Assembly: GCA_043228905.1 (NCBI GenBank) | Contig: JBHGNT010000013.1 | Location: forward strand, 62,001-126,000 | DNA: 64,000 nt | Reading direction: 5' to 3' | Source: Azolla caroliniana | Lineage: Eukaryota > Plantae > Polypodiophyta | Shown: positions 1-12,777 of the stretch, one piece after another | Layout: each line of letters opens with the position of its first letter | Position numbering within the stretch: the stretch's first letter is position 1 | Notes under the pieces: generated by a model | Database searches by the model: none | What the model saw: only the letters and a program-made list of their open reading frames with translations | Told to the model about the DNA's origin: nothing | Position numbers and translations under genes: made by a program

Positions 1-407
1 GAAGGGAGGGGTCACTTATGAAGGGGTTGCCTATTTTGAGGGAGAGAGGCATACCACTTAGGTCAAGGGTTTCTTATTCGGTTTTAGGGTTTCGGTTAGG
101 GTTTTCTTCTTGGGTTTCCTTTAGGGTTGTACTATACTTCGCTACTTGCTTATTCTTCTAGGGTTTTTCTCATAATCGTTTGGTGCGGCCATGGCGGCCA
201 CCATTGTTGTAATCATTCGCTTGTTTTTAATATATCTTGTTGTGGATCTTGCTTCCATCTACTTTGGTCTATGCTTATGTGCTACTCTTCATCTTCTCAT
301 CCGATGTTAAGCTTCCATTTCTCATATGTTATTCTTTCTCCTCTACTACCTAGTCCAAGACCCCCGTGGTCTCGCCCTTCTACACGTACGCGCGTAACAA
401 CGCAACA
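1..407 (+). repeat. 5' LTR (partial) of Trp-1
   Basis: Direct repeat of 3997-4403; ends CGCAACA, followed by a 4-nt spacer and the PBS. Confidence 0.9.
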
Positions 408-411
408 TCTT

Positions 412-429
412 TGGTGAACTCGACGTGAA
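412..429 (+). promoter_or_regulatory. Primer-binding site, tRNA-Trp
   Basis: TGGTGAACTCGACGTGAA is complementary (1 mismatch) to the plant tRNA-Trp 3' end TTCACGTCGGGTTCACCA as recalled. Confidence 0.8.
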
Positions 430-444
430 GGGCAGCAAGGGAGC

Positions 445-1833
445 ATGGAGATGGAAGAAGACTTCAACTTCGAGGAGATGATGGCAAAGATCGTGATGGA
501 AGCCGGACGGAAGATGGCGAAGCGAGATGCGGCTCAACAAGCCGTCGAAAGGGTGGTCGATCGAGTCGGCCGGTTCAATGGGAACGAGGTCCCAAAATTT
601 TTGGGAGCCTACAAGGCCGAGATGGCGAAAGGGGGCGTGGACGAGGCGATGCGACTAGAGTATTTTCCTCGAGTGGCGGCCGTATCGGTGCACAAGGAGG
701 TCAAGGAGCCACGGTAAGCTCACGAGTCATGGGAGTCCTTTGAGGGAGCTCTATTGGACGCATACGGATACGCGAAACCGGAGTGGGTATGCCGGCAACC
801 CGATGGGGAGCGGTCGGCAACAACGTGGCCCACGAGCGGCGGAGAAGAGAGGGCGGTGAGCGGCTACGCACTACCACCGGAAGAGAGCTCAACGCAAAAC
901 GGTTCGGAGGAGCTCGACCTAGAAGCGCTAATACAGGAGGCATGCAAGCTTGTGAAGGGGAAAATCGAAGCCAAAGAAGGGCTTATTATGGAGTCGGGCC
1001 GGAGGCAATCGGAGGATGCGGAGGAAGAAGCCTCCCTAAGCGTAGAAGATGGGGCCTATACAGAGGCCGGAAGAGCATACGACGGCAACATGGGAGAAGG
1101 TGCGGAGGAAGCGACCCTCTTGCCTTGCGGTGAAGGGACGGCCATGGAGGCCGGTAACCTACGGATTCGGGACATGGCGACCCGAAATATCGAGTGGGGA
1201 GGAGACAAGTGGCGGTGCCGCGACCTTACCCACACCGGTCCGGCGGTCGGCCCGAGTGCCAGCATGAGACCTAGAGCGACGGGCCCTGGCGGCGGCAAGG
1301 CGGGCAACCGAGACGACGACATGGAAGAGACGGCGGCAAGCATAATCGAGGCTTGCTCAATCGGAGGCAGGGTAGCGGCGGACAACAATGTCCGGACGGA
1401 GGCGGCTATAGACACAACGAGCGGTGGTGCCAGGTCCTTACCCACACCGGTCCTAAAGGCTCCGACGGTCGGCCCGAGTGCCGGCGTGAGTCCTAGAGTC
1501 ATGGGCGGTGGCGACGGCAAGTCGGGCAACCGAGACGAGGATGAGGATGAGGAGGTAGCAAGCATAACCGAGGCTTGCGTAACCGGGGACGAGATAGCCA
1601 TGGACCATGCCGTCCGAACGAAGGTGGCTACAAACATGACATCGGCGAGTGATGGTACCGAGACTTTTCCCACACCTATTCTAGAGACTTCGGCGGTTGG
1701 CCCCAAGAGCCCACGTGAGCCGGAGAGACGGAAGGTGGCGGCGGCAAAGCGGACGATCGAGACGATGACGAGGAAGGTCATAGCAGACACCGGGGCCGGA
1801 GACTACGGTGGTTGCGCTCGAATGCCAACATAA
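445..1833 (+). pseudogene. Gag N-terminal domain fused to acidic low-complexity repeats; in-frame TAA at 715-717
   Basis: GRFNGNEVPKFLGAYKAEM...WESFEGALLDAY is homologous to the Gag at 62244-62678 (-). ORFs 445-717 and 754-1833 are in the same frame. Confidence 0.7.
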
Positions 1834-3838
1834 GACCAGAGAGAAGGACGGTGGCCATGAGGAGGCATGGCCCGGAGCGAACACGTGCGAAGATGAGGAT
1901 GCGAGGCCCGGAATAGGCATAGAAGAGCCGGCAAGGCCGGATTTGTGTGGACAAACATGTACCGGCCGGTTCCGGTTACAGTTACGGGAGGGAGCCGACC
2001 AAACCGGAACTCGATCGGCCGAGACTGATCCGGACGAAGGCTAAGTCGGCATGATTGGAGGTCGAGGAGAACGAACCACAACACCCGGTGGGAGCTGGTG
2101 AGTGCGAGAAGGAGGCTAACCGGGCACGGTGATTACGGCTTGGCGGAATACCGAGAGCAAGAGGAACCCTCCACACCTATTCTTGAGACTTCGGCGGTTG
2201 CGGATCAACATAAGACCGAAGAGACGGCGGGTGGCGGCGAGGAGTCGGAGACCGGAACGGACGAGGCTACCGGAACGGTTACCCGGTGCGTGAAGACGGA
2301 CGAGCATGGCCCAGATGGCAAGCCGGAGTCAGAAGGGGCTACGGAAACAAAGGATGAAGAGACCGATGCGGAGGTTGGGTCTACAGCGGATGAAGCGTGT
2401 AACACGAAGCATGCACTACGGATGACAAAGGGCCAAGAAGCAAGCATGCACCCGGAAGAGCAGCAACGAGTGACTAGCAACAGCGGATAGGTCGAGCCTT
2501 TGAGAGGCAAGCACGCGGCAAGAGACGAAGCGATGAGTTGCCGGGATCGGCGGATGAACAACGAGAGCGAAGGATGGTGCGCGGAGAACAACGGGGTACA
2601 CACTAGGAAGAGAAGATGCGGCGGCTTCCCGGAGGGCATGCAAGGCCAAGCGGGCCAAGAGGGCGCAAGTCGAGGCGAGGCGGTAACGAGAGCCTCGAGG
2701 GACACCGACACGGAGGTCAGGATGATGGTACGCTCTACGGCGAGCGAGCATAACGGGCAAAGGAGAGACAAGGAACGCGGAATGGGGTCGCCTAAGGGCC
2801 AAAGAATGAGCGCATATTCGGGGGACAACATCGGCGCATGAGAAGAGCCTATGGAAGGCAAGCACAGAGTAGGAAGAGTCGACACGCCGAGGTGTTCGGC
2901 ATGGGGAGACGATAAAACCAAAGGAGGAACATATGCGGCACGAAAAGGGCGGAATCCGGAGTGCGATCGGAGAGATCGGGAGCGCACCCGGAGGACATAC
3001 GAGACTTTGCGAGGAATGCACGCGGCGAGAGACGGAGCCGTGAGGTGCTGGTATCGGCGGATGATCGGCGAGCATGGAAGGTTATGTCTTGAGAACCGGA
3101 GGAGGTGCGCGGCGTCCCGGAAGGCATGTGAGGCCAAGCGGGCCAAGAGGACAAGAGTCGGGATGAAGCGGTAACGGGAGTCGAAAAGGACACTGACATG
3201 GTGGTCGGGATGATGGTACGCTCTATGGCGAGAGAGCACGGCGAGCAAAGGAGAAGCGAGGAGCGCGTAATGAGGTTGCCGAGGGACCGAAGAACGAGCG
3301 CATGTTCAGGAGACAACAAGGGCACACGGAAAGAGCCTACGGAAGGTGAGCGCGGAACAGAGGGAATCGGCACGAGGTGTTCGAGACGAAGAGAGGATCG
3401 AGCTCGAGATAGAACACAAGCGGTACGCAAGGGGCGGAATCCGGCGAGAAAACGAGGTGACCGAGGGCCTAATCGGAGGACCTACATGGCAGACAAAGAA
3501 AGAGTGACCGGATCGGCAATGACATTCGGGAGGACCGACTGGGGAGGAAGGCGCGTGCGATGGATATGGCAGTTCGGATGGAGTCGATGTTTCAGGGACA
3601 CACGGTGGACGTGGTGGATCGGTTGGAGCCGTCGGCTCGAGGACATGCGATGGATACGGTGGAACGGGATGCTACGAAGGTTCATATGGAAAGGACGGGC
3701 GTGCTCGAAATGGAAAACGAAGCCGAGCAATGCCAACGAGGACACAGCGGACCTCGGTTTTATCACCATGGCCGAAAAATCTCACCTCTTCTCCTTTCTT
3801 GGCACATACCAGTGGATGTGCGGTTTGGTGGGGGCAGA

Positions 3839-4403
3839 TGTCGTGAAGATTTTCGTCCATAGGCGGAAACCGGGGTGGAATAGGCAAATCGGTGGTGTGC
3901 ACCATGTGCACATGTATACTAGGAAATGGTGTATAGAAATAAGAGGGGAAATTTTATCCCACATTGTAAGGTCCCTCCCTCCTTGGGCTATAAAAGGAAG
4001 GGAGGGGTCACTTATGAAGGGGTTGCCTATTTTGAGGGAGAGAGGCATACCACTTAGGTCGAGGGTTTCTTATTCGGTTTTAGGGTTTCGGTTAGGGTTT
4101 TCTTCTTGGGTTTCCTTTAGGGTTGTACTATACTTCGCTACTTGCTTATTCTTCTAGGGTTTTTCTCATAATCGTTTGGTGCGGCCATGGCGGCAACCAT
4201 TGTTGTAATCATTCGCTTGTTTTTAATATATCTTGTTGTGGATCTTCCTTCCATCTATTTTGGTCTATGCTTATGTGCTACTCTTCATCTTCTCATCCGG
4301 TGTTAAGCTTCCATTTCTCATATCTTATTCTTTCTCCTCTACTCTGTAGTCCAAGAGCCCCGTGGTCCCGCCCTTCTACACGCACGCGCGTAACAACGCG
4401 ACA
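3839..4403 (+). repeat. 3' LTR of Trp-1 (565 bp)
   Basis: TGTCGTG...CGCGACA termini; TATAAAA at about 3989; purine-rich GGTGGGGGCAGA immediately upstream. Confidence 0.9.
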
Positions 4404-6502
4404 ACGTGTTGTGACGTTTTGTACATCAGCCATAATACTATTCACGACAGGAGCCTTTCCGTAGTCTGTTGTTGGGCATTCCGTAGCGTAGTGACCGGGT
4501 TGGTTGCACTTGAAGCAGGTAACGTCCGCCGAGTTGCTGGTGCTAGCCCAATCCATGGGGTGCAGTTGATTCCCGGCCTCGTGTGTTTGTGGGTTGTTCT
4601 AGGGTGCATTCGAGCTGCGCGATTCATTGTGTGGTGGGTCCCGACGACAGTTGTCGTTATTCCTTCGGTTATTGCACCATCCTCGGTGAGAGTTGCATCG
4701 ATCATTACGGAAATTTCTCTGATCGTAACGGTCATCTCGATCCTCTTCATTCCGATCATAATCGTCGTTTGCCCGATACTGGTCATCGTGATAGCGATCA
4801 CGGGGGTCGTCCGATCTCCGTCGGTTGTCGTTTCGGTAACAGTCGTCGTCCCGATGGTAATCGTCATTACGGCGTCGTCTATCAGGCAATCGCGGTCTTT
4901 GGTTATCCTGGTTCTGGTAGGATTGGCGCTCGTCCTGAAGAGAGTATGCATCCCGAGGCTTGATCTGGCGAACCGGAGTCGTCATTGTGCGGTCAAGAGC
5001 ATATTGTATTCGCAGTGTTCGACAGTGTGGGATCGGGACTGGCAGATCGGACATTGTGGTTGGTGAGTACATTCAAGGGCCAGATGGCCCGATCCCGAAC
5101 AAACTATGCATTGGAGGGCGTGGCGGAAGTGATTGTCCTCCTGGGAAAGGGCGCTTTGCAATGAACTCATAGTGAAAGTCGTGCTTTGCTGAGTCCGATC
5201 GAGGGCGAGGACGCGCACTATGACTTGCTCGATCATTTGGTTGTCAAAATTAGTAAGTGCAAGAGTCGTTCGTAGAGGCTCCCGTAGGCTGGACACAAAT
5301 GCGACCGAAATGTGTTGTGCAGAGACATCGTCGGCCACTTGTCTGTAGAGATCTCTTAACCGGATCGTGAACTGTGTGACCGTCTCGTGCGGTTCTTGTT
5401 GCATGGAGAAGAACTGCCGAAGCAATTCTCGTTTGGGCACCTCGCAATGGAACAGTTCTACGAACTGTGTGCGAACGTCATGGAGGGTGCCAAACTCCCC
5501 TGTGTCGAGGCCAGAATACCATCGCGCAGCTGGTCCATCGAGGGATAGCGTAAACTCGGCAATTTTTGAGGCCTCGATTTCGGCATGCAAGAGACGTTGG
5601 GTTCAGTGGTTGGCCTGCCAGGTGGACACGAAGGCACGAACGTGCGACTCCGCATCGGGGTTGTCGGTGTATCGTGGGTAAGGATACGGCATGGTATCGA
5701 ATTCAGAGTCTTCCGGTAAAGCCGGAAAAAGGTTAGGGTCAGGGTGGGTGACCTCTGGAGGGCTTGGTGGGGAGGTTGGTGTGGACTCGACTCGCGACCG
5801 AGTAGCAAGTGGCGAGGATTGCAACCGGTGAGCCTCTGATGTTTCTGGGAAGCACTGGACCGTGATCGCCGAGTCGGAAGTGCCTTCGACTGGCTCAGGG
5901 CGTCGGTTAGATGGCCAAGACCGCTTGATGTGATTGGGCGCCGTAATGGCGGCTGAAGATTGTCTTCAACGTAGTTCGCTGTGATCTCACAACTGTAACC
6001 GGGCGTGCCAAATTGTGTTAACCGTTCTGCCAGAAACACCTTCGATATGCCTACAAGCTATCAGTATCAAGGGAAGTGTAATCGTGAAGACTGGTGCACA
6101 GAGGTGTCATTAGGGGGAGAACACGGAGAGCATACCCGGAATAGAGCTCGGCCGTATACGTAGTTGAGACCTTAAAAGCAACGACACATAGATGAAAACA
6201 ACAAGAGCTATAGATATGTATTACTGCAATAGTTAGCGATGATCACAAAAGAACACGGCCCACAGCCGGTAGCCTTACAAAGCTCTTATAACTATGAACC
6301 GACCTCCCTAGGCTCTGGATATCTCCCCCTTGCCGAGGTACGCAACCTCGGTTTATATACTTCTTTTCCTTCATACAGCGTAGAGCGGTCAGTTGACTAT
6401 GAGGCTCGAAATACGGCGTTTTACCTAATTCTCCCTTACCTACTCGCCTTACTTCCAGCGTTTTATATTTAACTAATTTCTATTTTTGGCCTATGGACAA
6501 CA
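4404..6502 (-). mobile_element. Ty3/gypsy element E (non-chromovirus, related to Gypsy D): 5' LTR, PBS and decayed gag; interrupted by Trp-1
   Basis: Gag MPYPYPRY...AEFTLSLDGPAARWY...ALQCIVCSGSGH..C and CFKCNQPGHYATEC, homologous to 17635-18860. LTR about 6016-6502 (TGTT...AACA). PBS at 5998-6010. Confidence 0.85.
5998..6010 (-). promoter_or_regulatory. PBS, tRNA-Arg(UCU)-type
   Basis: Minus strand reads TGGCACGCCCGGT a few nt inside the LTR at 6016-6502. Confidence 0.75.
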
Positions 6503-6793
6503 GCTGAGGGGATGATCTATCTCATCCCTAAAGTGGCAGGGCGAAGCCTCGAGCTACGCCAATGGCATCCAATCATGATCCTCAACACGATATACAAGAT
6601 ACTCGCAAAAGTCCTTTCTAGGCGGATAGCAAGCTTCCTACCGGCCATCATACATGAGAATCAAACAAGGTTTATCAGGGGTAGGTGTATCTTTGATAAT
6701 GTGCTACTTCTCTGGGAAGTTATGGCATTTGTTGATCGCGTCGTATCGAGCTCGGCTACTCTGATGTTAGACTTTGAGAAGGCCTACGATAGG
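6503..6793 (+). pseudogene. L1-clade LINE ORF2, RT segment 1
   Basis: GMIYLIPK...WHPIMILNTIYKILAK...NQTRFIRGR...LDFEKAYDR; continues in frame at 33374 after Copia A is removed. Confidence 0.9.
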
Positions 6794-7309
6794 TGTTGAG
6801 AGACAAGCCCAACATCGGCCGGATCGGCTGAGCAAGCCGAGGACCGGATCGGTTAGGCCGGACTGGTGCGTAAAACGGATACGCAAACCGGTGCGTAACG
6901 AGAGGTTGTATCGGTGCGTAAACCGAAAGGCCGTCAGAGAGATATTCCTCGTAAGGAATAATTTTGGAAGTGTCGAGGCTCATTTATGAGCAGTCAAGTA
7001 TTGTCAGTACTTGTGTCAGCCCGATTGTCAGGGCTTGTATAAAAGGTGCTCACTGAGCACGATGTATGTACAGAGAGTTAGTATTTTTTAATTGAGTTTT
7101 TTTGTGTTCTCTCTCTGTTTCTCCTGCGTACTATGTATATCCAAGCTCTCCATTAAACCTGCGTATTATTCTCTGTGTTCATTTTTCTATTGCTTCCGCA
7201 CATAATCTTTCACATGGTATCAAAGTGCGAGGGTTGAGAACCTCTACAGCCGACATAGCTTGAAGGAAAAACCAACCAAGAAGAACAGGCAAAACCAATG
7301 GATAGAGGC

Positions 7310-7960
7310 ATGGCTAGCTCGCTTCCGACGGAGGAGCTCGATAGAAACAATTGTGTGTCTTCGTCTTACAAGATGCACCAGTACCTGTTCGGACACGGTT
7401 ACTAGAGCTATGTCGATGGAGCAAATGACACATCACCCGATTCGACACACAAAGACTTCCCGGCGTGGGAACAATCGGCGAGCAGAGTGTTGTACTGTTT
7501 CACGTCTTATGTGGGCGAACAGCTATTAAGCTACGTTCAGGATGCAAAAACGCCGAAGGGTGCATGGGAAAATCTAAAGAAGATCTTCGCCGCGAGCACC
7601 ACAGCCAAGAAACTTCAGCTCTGACAGGAGTTGAGCAACCTACGACAATGTGAGTTGTCGGTGGTTGACTATACCTCGAAGATCAAGGACATATGTGACT
7701 CCTCGAAGCTTCCATCAATGTGAACATCGAGGAAAGAGAGATGGTCCAGATCTATCTCGGGGGTTTGGCGTCAAAGTTCGAGGCGTTCCGAACTGTTGTG
7801 TGTACACGGGAGAATACACTGTCGTCTTTCGACTTACAGTCAATGCTCCTTATAGAGGAGAACCACGCGGGTGCGTCGACAAGCACACATGCCGACAGCA
7901 AGATGTTGTACACAGAGGGAGGTAGGCCCCGTGGTCATGGCGAACGACGCAAGTCGGTAC
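7310..7960 (+). pseudogene. Copia A gag (segment 1, frameshifted)
   Basis: MASSLPTEELDR...AWENLKKIFAASTTAKKLQL...LSSFDLQSMLLIEE; UBN2-type gag. Confidence 0.8.
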
Positions 7961-8029
7961 TGTTGGGATTTCGGTCCCTCCGGATGGGATGTCCCCGGAG
8001 ATAAATGACGGCAAGCCCGGTTGCGGTTA

Positions 8030-8212
8030 CGGAACCGGATGATGAAGAGTACCCGGCATGAAGCCGGATGAAGTGTACCCGGATGCGGATCCGGATGATG
8101 AAGAGTACCCGGATACGGATCCGGATGATGAAGACCCCGGTTACGGAACCGGATGCTGAAGACCCCGACTACGGAGCCGGATGACGAATGTACCCGGAGA
8201 GAGATCCGGATG
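8030..8212 (+). repeat. Degenerate ~28-30 bp tandem repeats in Copia B U3 (also at about 12857-13040)
   Basis: Repeated CCGGATGATGAAGAGTACCCGGAT(A/G)CGGAT-like units. Confidence 0.8.
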
Positions 8213-8703
8213 CGGGGACATATTTGTGAATATGTTTGCCAAGGGCCCTTGAGGCTATATTTGTAAATAGCCCGAAAGTCATATGTGTATAAATATGACT
8301 TAGGGCAAACAGTTTATGTTGCTACTCATTTTTCTGTTTTTCCACTCAAGAGGAGTGAAGAGGAAGCAGCCGAGAGAGAGAGAGAGATAGAGCGCGAGAG
8401 AGACGAAGAGGTAGACGCCTCTGTGTATTTCCGCCGCCTGTGGCGAGGACAGCGAGTTCAAGGTCGTTGCCTTGCAGCTCGCCATTGTATATTTCTCTGT
8501 GCATAGTTTGGTTTGGAGTCTCGCACTCCCGTGGTTTTTCCCGTATAGGGTTTTCCACGTTAATCCCTGTGTATCGCGTCTTTCTCTGTATTTCCTATTT
8601 TCTGCTGCATTGATCCGCGATTACTCGGTTGTGGCCGAGCGGAGAAGGTGAATCGAAGACGGTGATTCCCAACAAACTGGTATCAGAGCGACTGTTGCAG
8701 AAA

Positions 8704-11700
8704 ATGGAAGGCGGCGGCAGCGCACAGCCGATGATGATGGTGCTGAATGCACAGAATTACGCCGACTGGAAGATCAAGATGGAGGATCTTCTGATTGTTC
8801 GGGACCTGTACGAACCGATTGACAGGTCGGAAATACCGAAAGGGGTACTTGAGTCGGAGTGGAAGCTCCTGAACCGGAAAGCCGTAGCGACGATCCGACA
8901 ATATGTCGATGTAAGCGTCCTACAACACGTGGCGAACGACACCAACGCATACGAGATGTGGAAGAAGCTGTCGGGCCTCTACGAGAGGAAGAATGCGTTG
9001 AACCGGACCTCCCTGATGAGGAAGATAGTGAATCTCAAGTACCGGGACGGCGAGAGTATGGTGGAACACGTAAGCACGTTCATGGGATTCGTGAATCAGC
9101 TTGCGGCGATCAAGTTCCCGTTGGAGGATGCAATGCAAGCCATCATCCTGATGTGTACATTGCCGGAAAGCTGGGAGAACTTGGTGGTGACTCTCAGCAC
9201 CTCGTGCACCGAAGATAACTTGTCCTTACAAACTGTAAAGACAAGTATTCTGAATGAAGAAGCGCGTCGGAGAGATAAGGAACCGGCCTCCGACCCGAAG
9301 ATGCTGTTTACCGAATCGGATCGGGGAAGACAATGGAACCGGAGTCCGCAAAGACGGGAGAAGTCGGGGACCCGGTCGCAGTCAAGAGGAAGGCCCACAT
9401 GCTTCCACTGTGGGAAGCCGGGGCACTTCCGGAAGAATTGTCGGCATTACCGAAAAGACAACGGAGCCGACGACACCGATTCGAAGAAGTCACCAGAGAG
9501 AAACGGTGCATACCGGGGAGCCACGGACCGGAGAGGTTCGGATCGGCAAGGGCAGGACCGGAAAGGAACAACGGCACTCGCGGCAAGTGAGGAAGAAATC
9601 ATGCTCATCACCGAAGAAGGTGAGCTAAACGTTGCCGGCGATGAGACGACCTGGGTGGTCGATTCCGGAGCATCGTTCCACCTGACCCCGGAGAGAAGAT
9701 ACTTCTCATCCTACACAGCCGGTGAGCATGGCTGTGTTCGGATGGGAAATGAAGGTACGTGCCGGATTGCCGGCGTAGGAGACGTGTGGTTGACAACCCC
9801 GACCGGATGCAAAATGCTGCTGAAGGATGTCCGACACGTTCCGGAGGTTCGACTGAACCTGATTTCGGCCGGGAGGCTAGACGATGAAGGCTACACAGGT
9901 AGCATCCGGAACGGCGTAATGAAGTTCAGCAAAGGGAGCCTGATAGTGGCTCGGGCCCGGAAGATCAACACACTGTACCTGATGAATGCCCGGTTGTGTC
10001 CGGAAGAGTTGAACGTGGCAGCCGACACTGCCGGTGAGCTGTGGCACAAGAGACTGTGCCACATGAGTGAGAAAGGGATGAAGAGGCTTGCAGAAGACAA
10101 CCTTATTCCAGTGAAGCATGTGCACCTGGAGAAGTGCACCGATTGCCTGGCCGGTAAGCAGAACCGAACCTCTTTCCACTCAAGGCCACCGACGAGACGT
10201 GGCGCACCATTGGAGTTGGTGCACACTGATGTGTGTCAGGTAGAAACGAAGTCACATGGCGGAGCCCAGTACTTCGTAACCTTCATAGATGATCACAGCC
10301 GAAGACTGTGGACGGCACCGTTGAAGACAAAGGACCAAGTGTTGTCCGTCTTCAAAGAACTCCATGCAAGAGTGGAAAGAGAATCCGGCAAGAAGCTGAA
10401 AGCGATACGAGCGGATAACGGAGGGGAATACCGGGGGCAGTTCCAGGAGTACTGTCGCTCGAAGGGAATCCGACTCGAGTTTACTGTGCCGAAGACGCCG
10501 GAACTGAACGGGCTGGCCGAGAGGATGAACCGGACCATAATGGAGAGGGTCCGGAGTATGCTGGCGCATGCGAAATTACCCAAGGGATTTTGGGCTGAGG
10601 CAATGTCGACGGCGACATATGTGATAAATAGATCACCCTCAGTACCTTTGGACGGAGACACGCCGCAGAGAGTGTGGACCGGTAGGGAAGTATCCTACCG
10701 GCATCTGAAGGTGTTCGGGTGTCTCGCATATGTGCATGTGGCAAAGGACCGGAGAGGAAAGCTAGATCCAAAGACCCGTCCATGCATATTCCTCGGTTAC
10801 GGCGACGACGAGTTCGGCTACCGAGTATGGGACCCGGTCGACAAGAAGATATTCAGGAGTCGTGATATCATCTTCATGGAGGACAAGACACTCGCCGACT
10901 GGGAGTCGGAGAAGAAGATGAAGAGCTCCAAGTCGACCGGTGAGAATCAACTCTACGAGGAGCAGTCCCGACCGGCAAGGGACCGGTTAGCACTCGAGGA
11001 TCCGGCCGAAGACGGTGAAGAAACAGAACCGGCCGAAGAAGATGAAAATGATACCGGAACCGGCCCCGATCCCGAAATGGATTCGGATGAAGAAGAATCG
11101 GAAGAACCGGTTACCGAAGCTCCGGAACGGAGATATCCTCTAAGAGAGAGAAGGGCCCCCCGGAGATTTCCGGAACCAGAGCACGTGCTACTAACCGACG
11201 AGGGGGAGCCGGAGAGCTTTGAAGAAGCAAAGCATGACACCAAGAGCCGCAGGTGGTTGAGTGCCATGCAGGACGAGATGGATTCCCTGCATGAGAACCA
11301 CACATATGAACTTGTGGAGTTGCCGAAAGGAAAGCGGGCACTTCGAAACAAGTGGGTGTTCAAGCTGAAACCGGGAGATGCCGGAAACCCCTCGAGATAC
11401 AAAGCCAGGATCGTGGTGAAGGGGTTTCAGCAGAAGAAGGGCGTCGACTTCGACGAGATATTCGCCCCGGTAGTGAAGATGACCTCCATTCGGACGGTGC
11501 TGAGCATAGCGGCAAGCATGGACCTCGAGGTAGAACAGATGGACGTGAAGACGGCATTCCTTCACGGTGACCTCGAAGAAGAGATATACATGCAGCAACC
11601 GGAAGGATTCGAGAAGAAAGGGAAGGAGCACCTGGTATGCCGGTTGAAGAAGAGCCTTTACGGACTGAAGCAGGCTCCCCGGCAATGGTACCGGAAGTTC

Positions 11701-12777
11701 GACTCCTTCATGACCGACTAAGGGTACCTCAAAACGCAGTCCGACCACTGCGTGTTTGTGAAGGAGTTCGAAGGAGGAGACTCTCTAATACTCCTCCTGT
11801 ACGTTGATGACATGTTGATCGTCGGACGGGACCAGGGCAAGATACGGATGCTGAAGAAGGCACTTCACCGAACCTTCTCAATGAAGGACCTGGGTCCGGC
11901 GAGGCAAATACTAGGGATGCACATCATCCGGGACCGGAAGAAGAAGCAGTTGTGGCTGTCACAGGAGAAGTACGTGACGAAGGTGCTTCACCGGTTCAAC
12001 ATGTCGGAGGCAAGACCGGTCGGATCGACCCTCCCGGCAAACTGCAAGCTGTCCAGCAAGCAAAGCCCCAAGACAAAGGCTGATAAGGAGGATATGATGA
12101 AAGTGCCGTATGCCTCAGCCGTCGGGAGCTTGATGTACGCCATGGTGTGTACGAGACCGGACATCGGATATGCAGTCGGAGTGGTGAGCCGGTACATGAG
12201 CAATCCCGGCAAAGAGCATTGGAACGCGATCAAGTGGATACTCCGATACCTGAAGGGCACAGCGAATGTGTGCCTCCGATTCGGCTCCGGTAAACCCGAA
12301 CTCGACGGTTTCACCGATTCGGATATGTCGGCTGATGCAGATACCAGCCGGTCCACGTCAGGGTATGTGATGACGTATGCAGGGGGAGCCGTTTCGTGGT
12401 AGTCGAGGCTGCAGAAGACGGTTGCGTTGTCAACCACGGAGGCGGAGTACATGGCAGCTGTTGAAGCCGGCAAGGAAGTAATATGGATGAAGGACTTCAT
12501 TAGAGAGCTCGGTATCCGGCAGGAGGAGTACCGACTCTACTGCGACAGTCAAAGTGCAATCCACCTTGCGAAGAACGCGGCCTATCACTCCCGGACGAAG
12601 CACATCCAGCGAAGATATCACTGGATCCGGGAAAGGATAGAAGACAAGGAGTTCGTGCTGACAAAGATCCACACGGACGAGAACGGGTCGGATATGCTGA
12701 CCAAGGTGCTCACACCCGACAAGCTGGAAGCATGCCGGAAGAGGATCGGATTGGAGAGACATCCCATGCCGAAGTGA
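8704..12777 (+). pseudogene. Copia B gag-pol (Gag, CCHC, PR, IN, RT, RNase H) with two in-frame stops
   Basis: CFHCGKPGHFRKNC, WVVDSGASFH, LWHKRLCH, VHTDV/ADNGGEY/NGLAER, LLYVDDMLI, GFTDSD. TAA at 11719-11721 and TAG at 12400-12402. Confidence 0.93.

Larger units (their letters stand above)
1..4403 (+). mobile_element. Non-autonomous LTR retroelement Trp-1 (gag-only, tRNA-Trp primed); 5' LTR truncated by window edge
   Basis: Bases 1-407 repeat at 3997-4403 with about 13 substitutions and no indels. PBS at 412-429. Gag N-terminus followed by low-complexity repeats; no RT, RNase H or integrase. ACGT follows the 3' LTR. Confidence 0.9.

Noticed and set aside
1056-3430. Long antisense and alternative-frame ORFs (also 28823-29557 and 61201-62094)
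   Set aside because: They are shadows of GC-rich, low-complexity TE frames with no recognisable domains.
8030-8212. CRISPR-like appearance of the ~30-bp repeats
   Set aside because: They are degenerate tandem units without unique spacers, lie inside both LTRs, and have no cas genes in this eukaryotic context.
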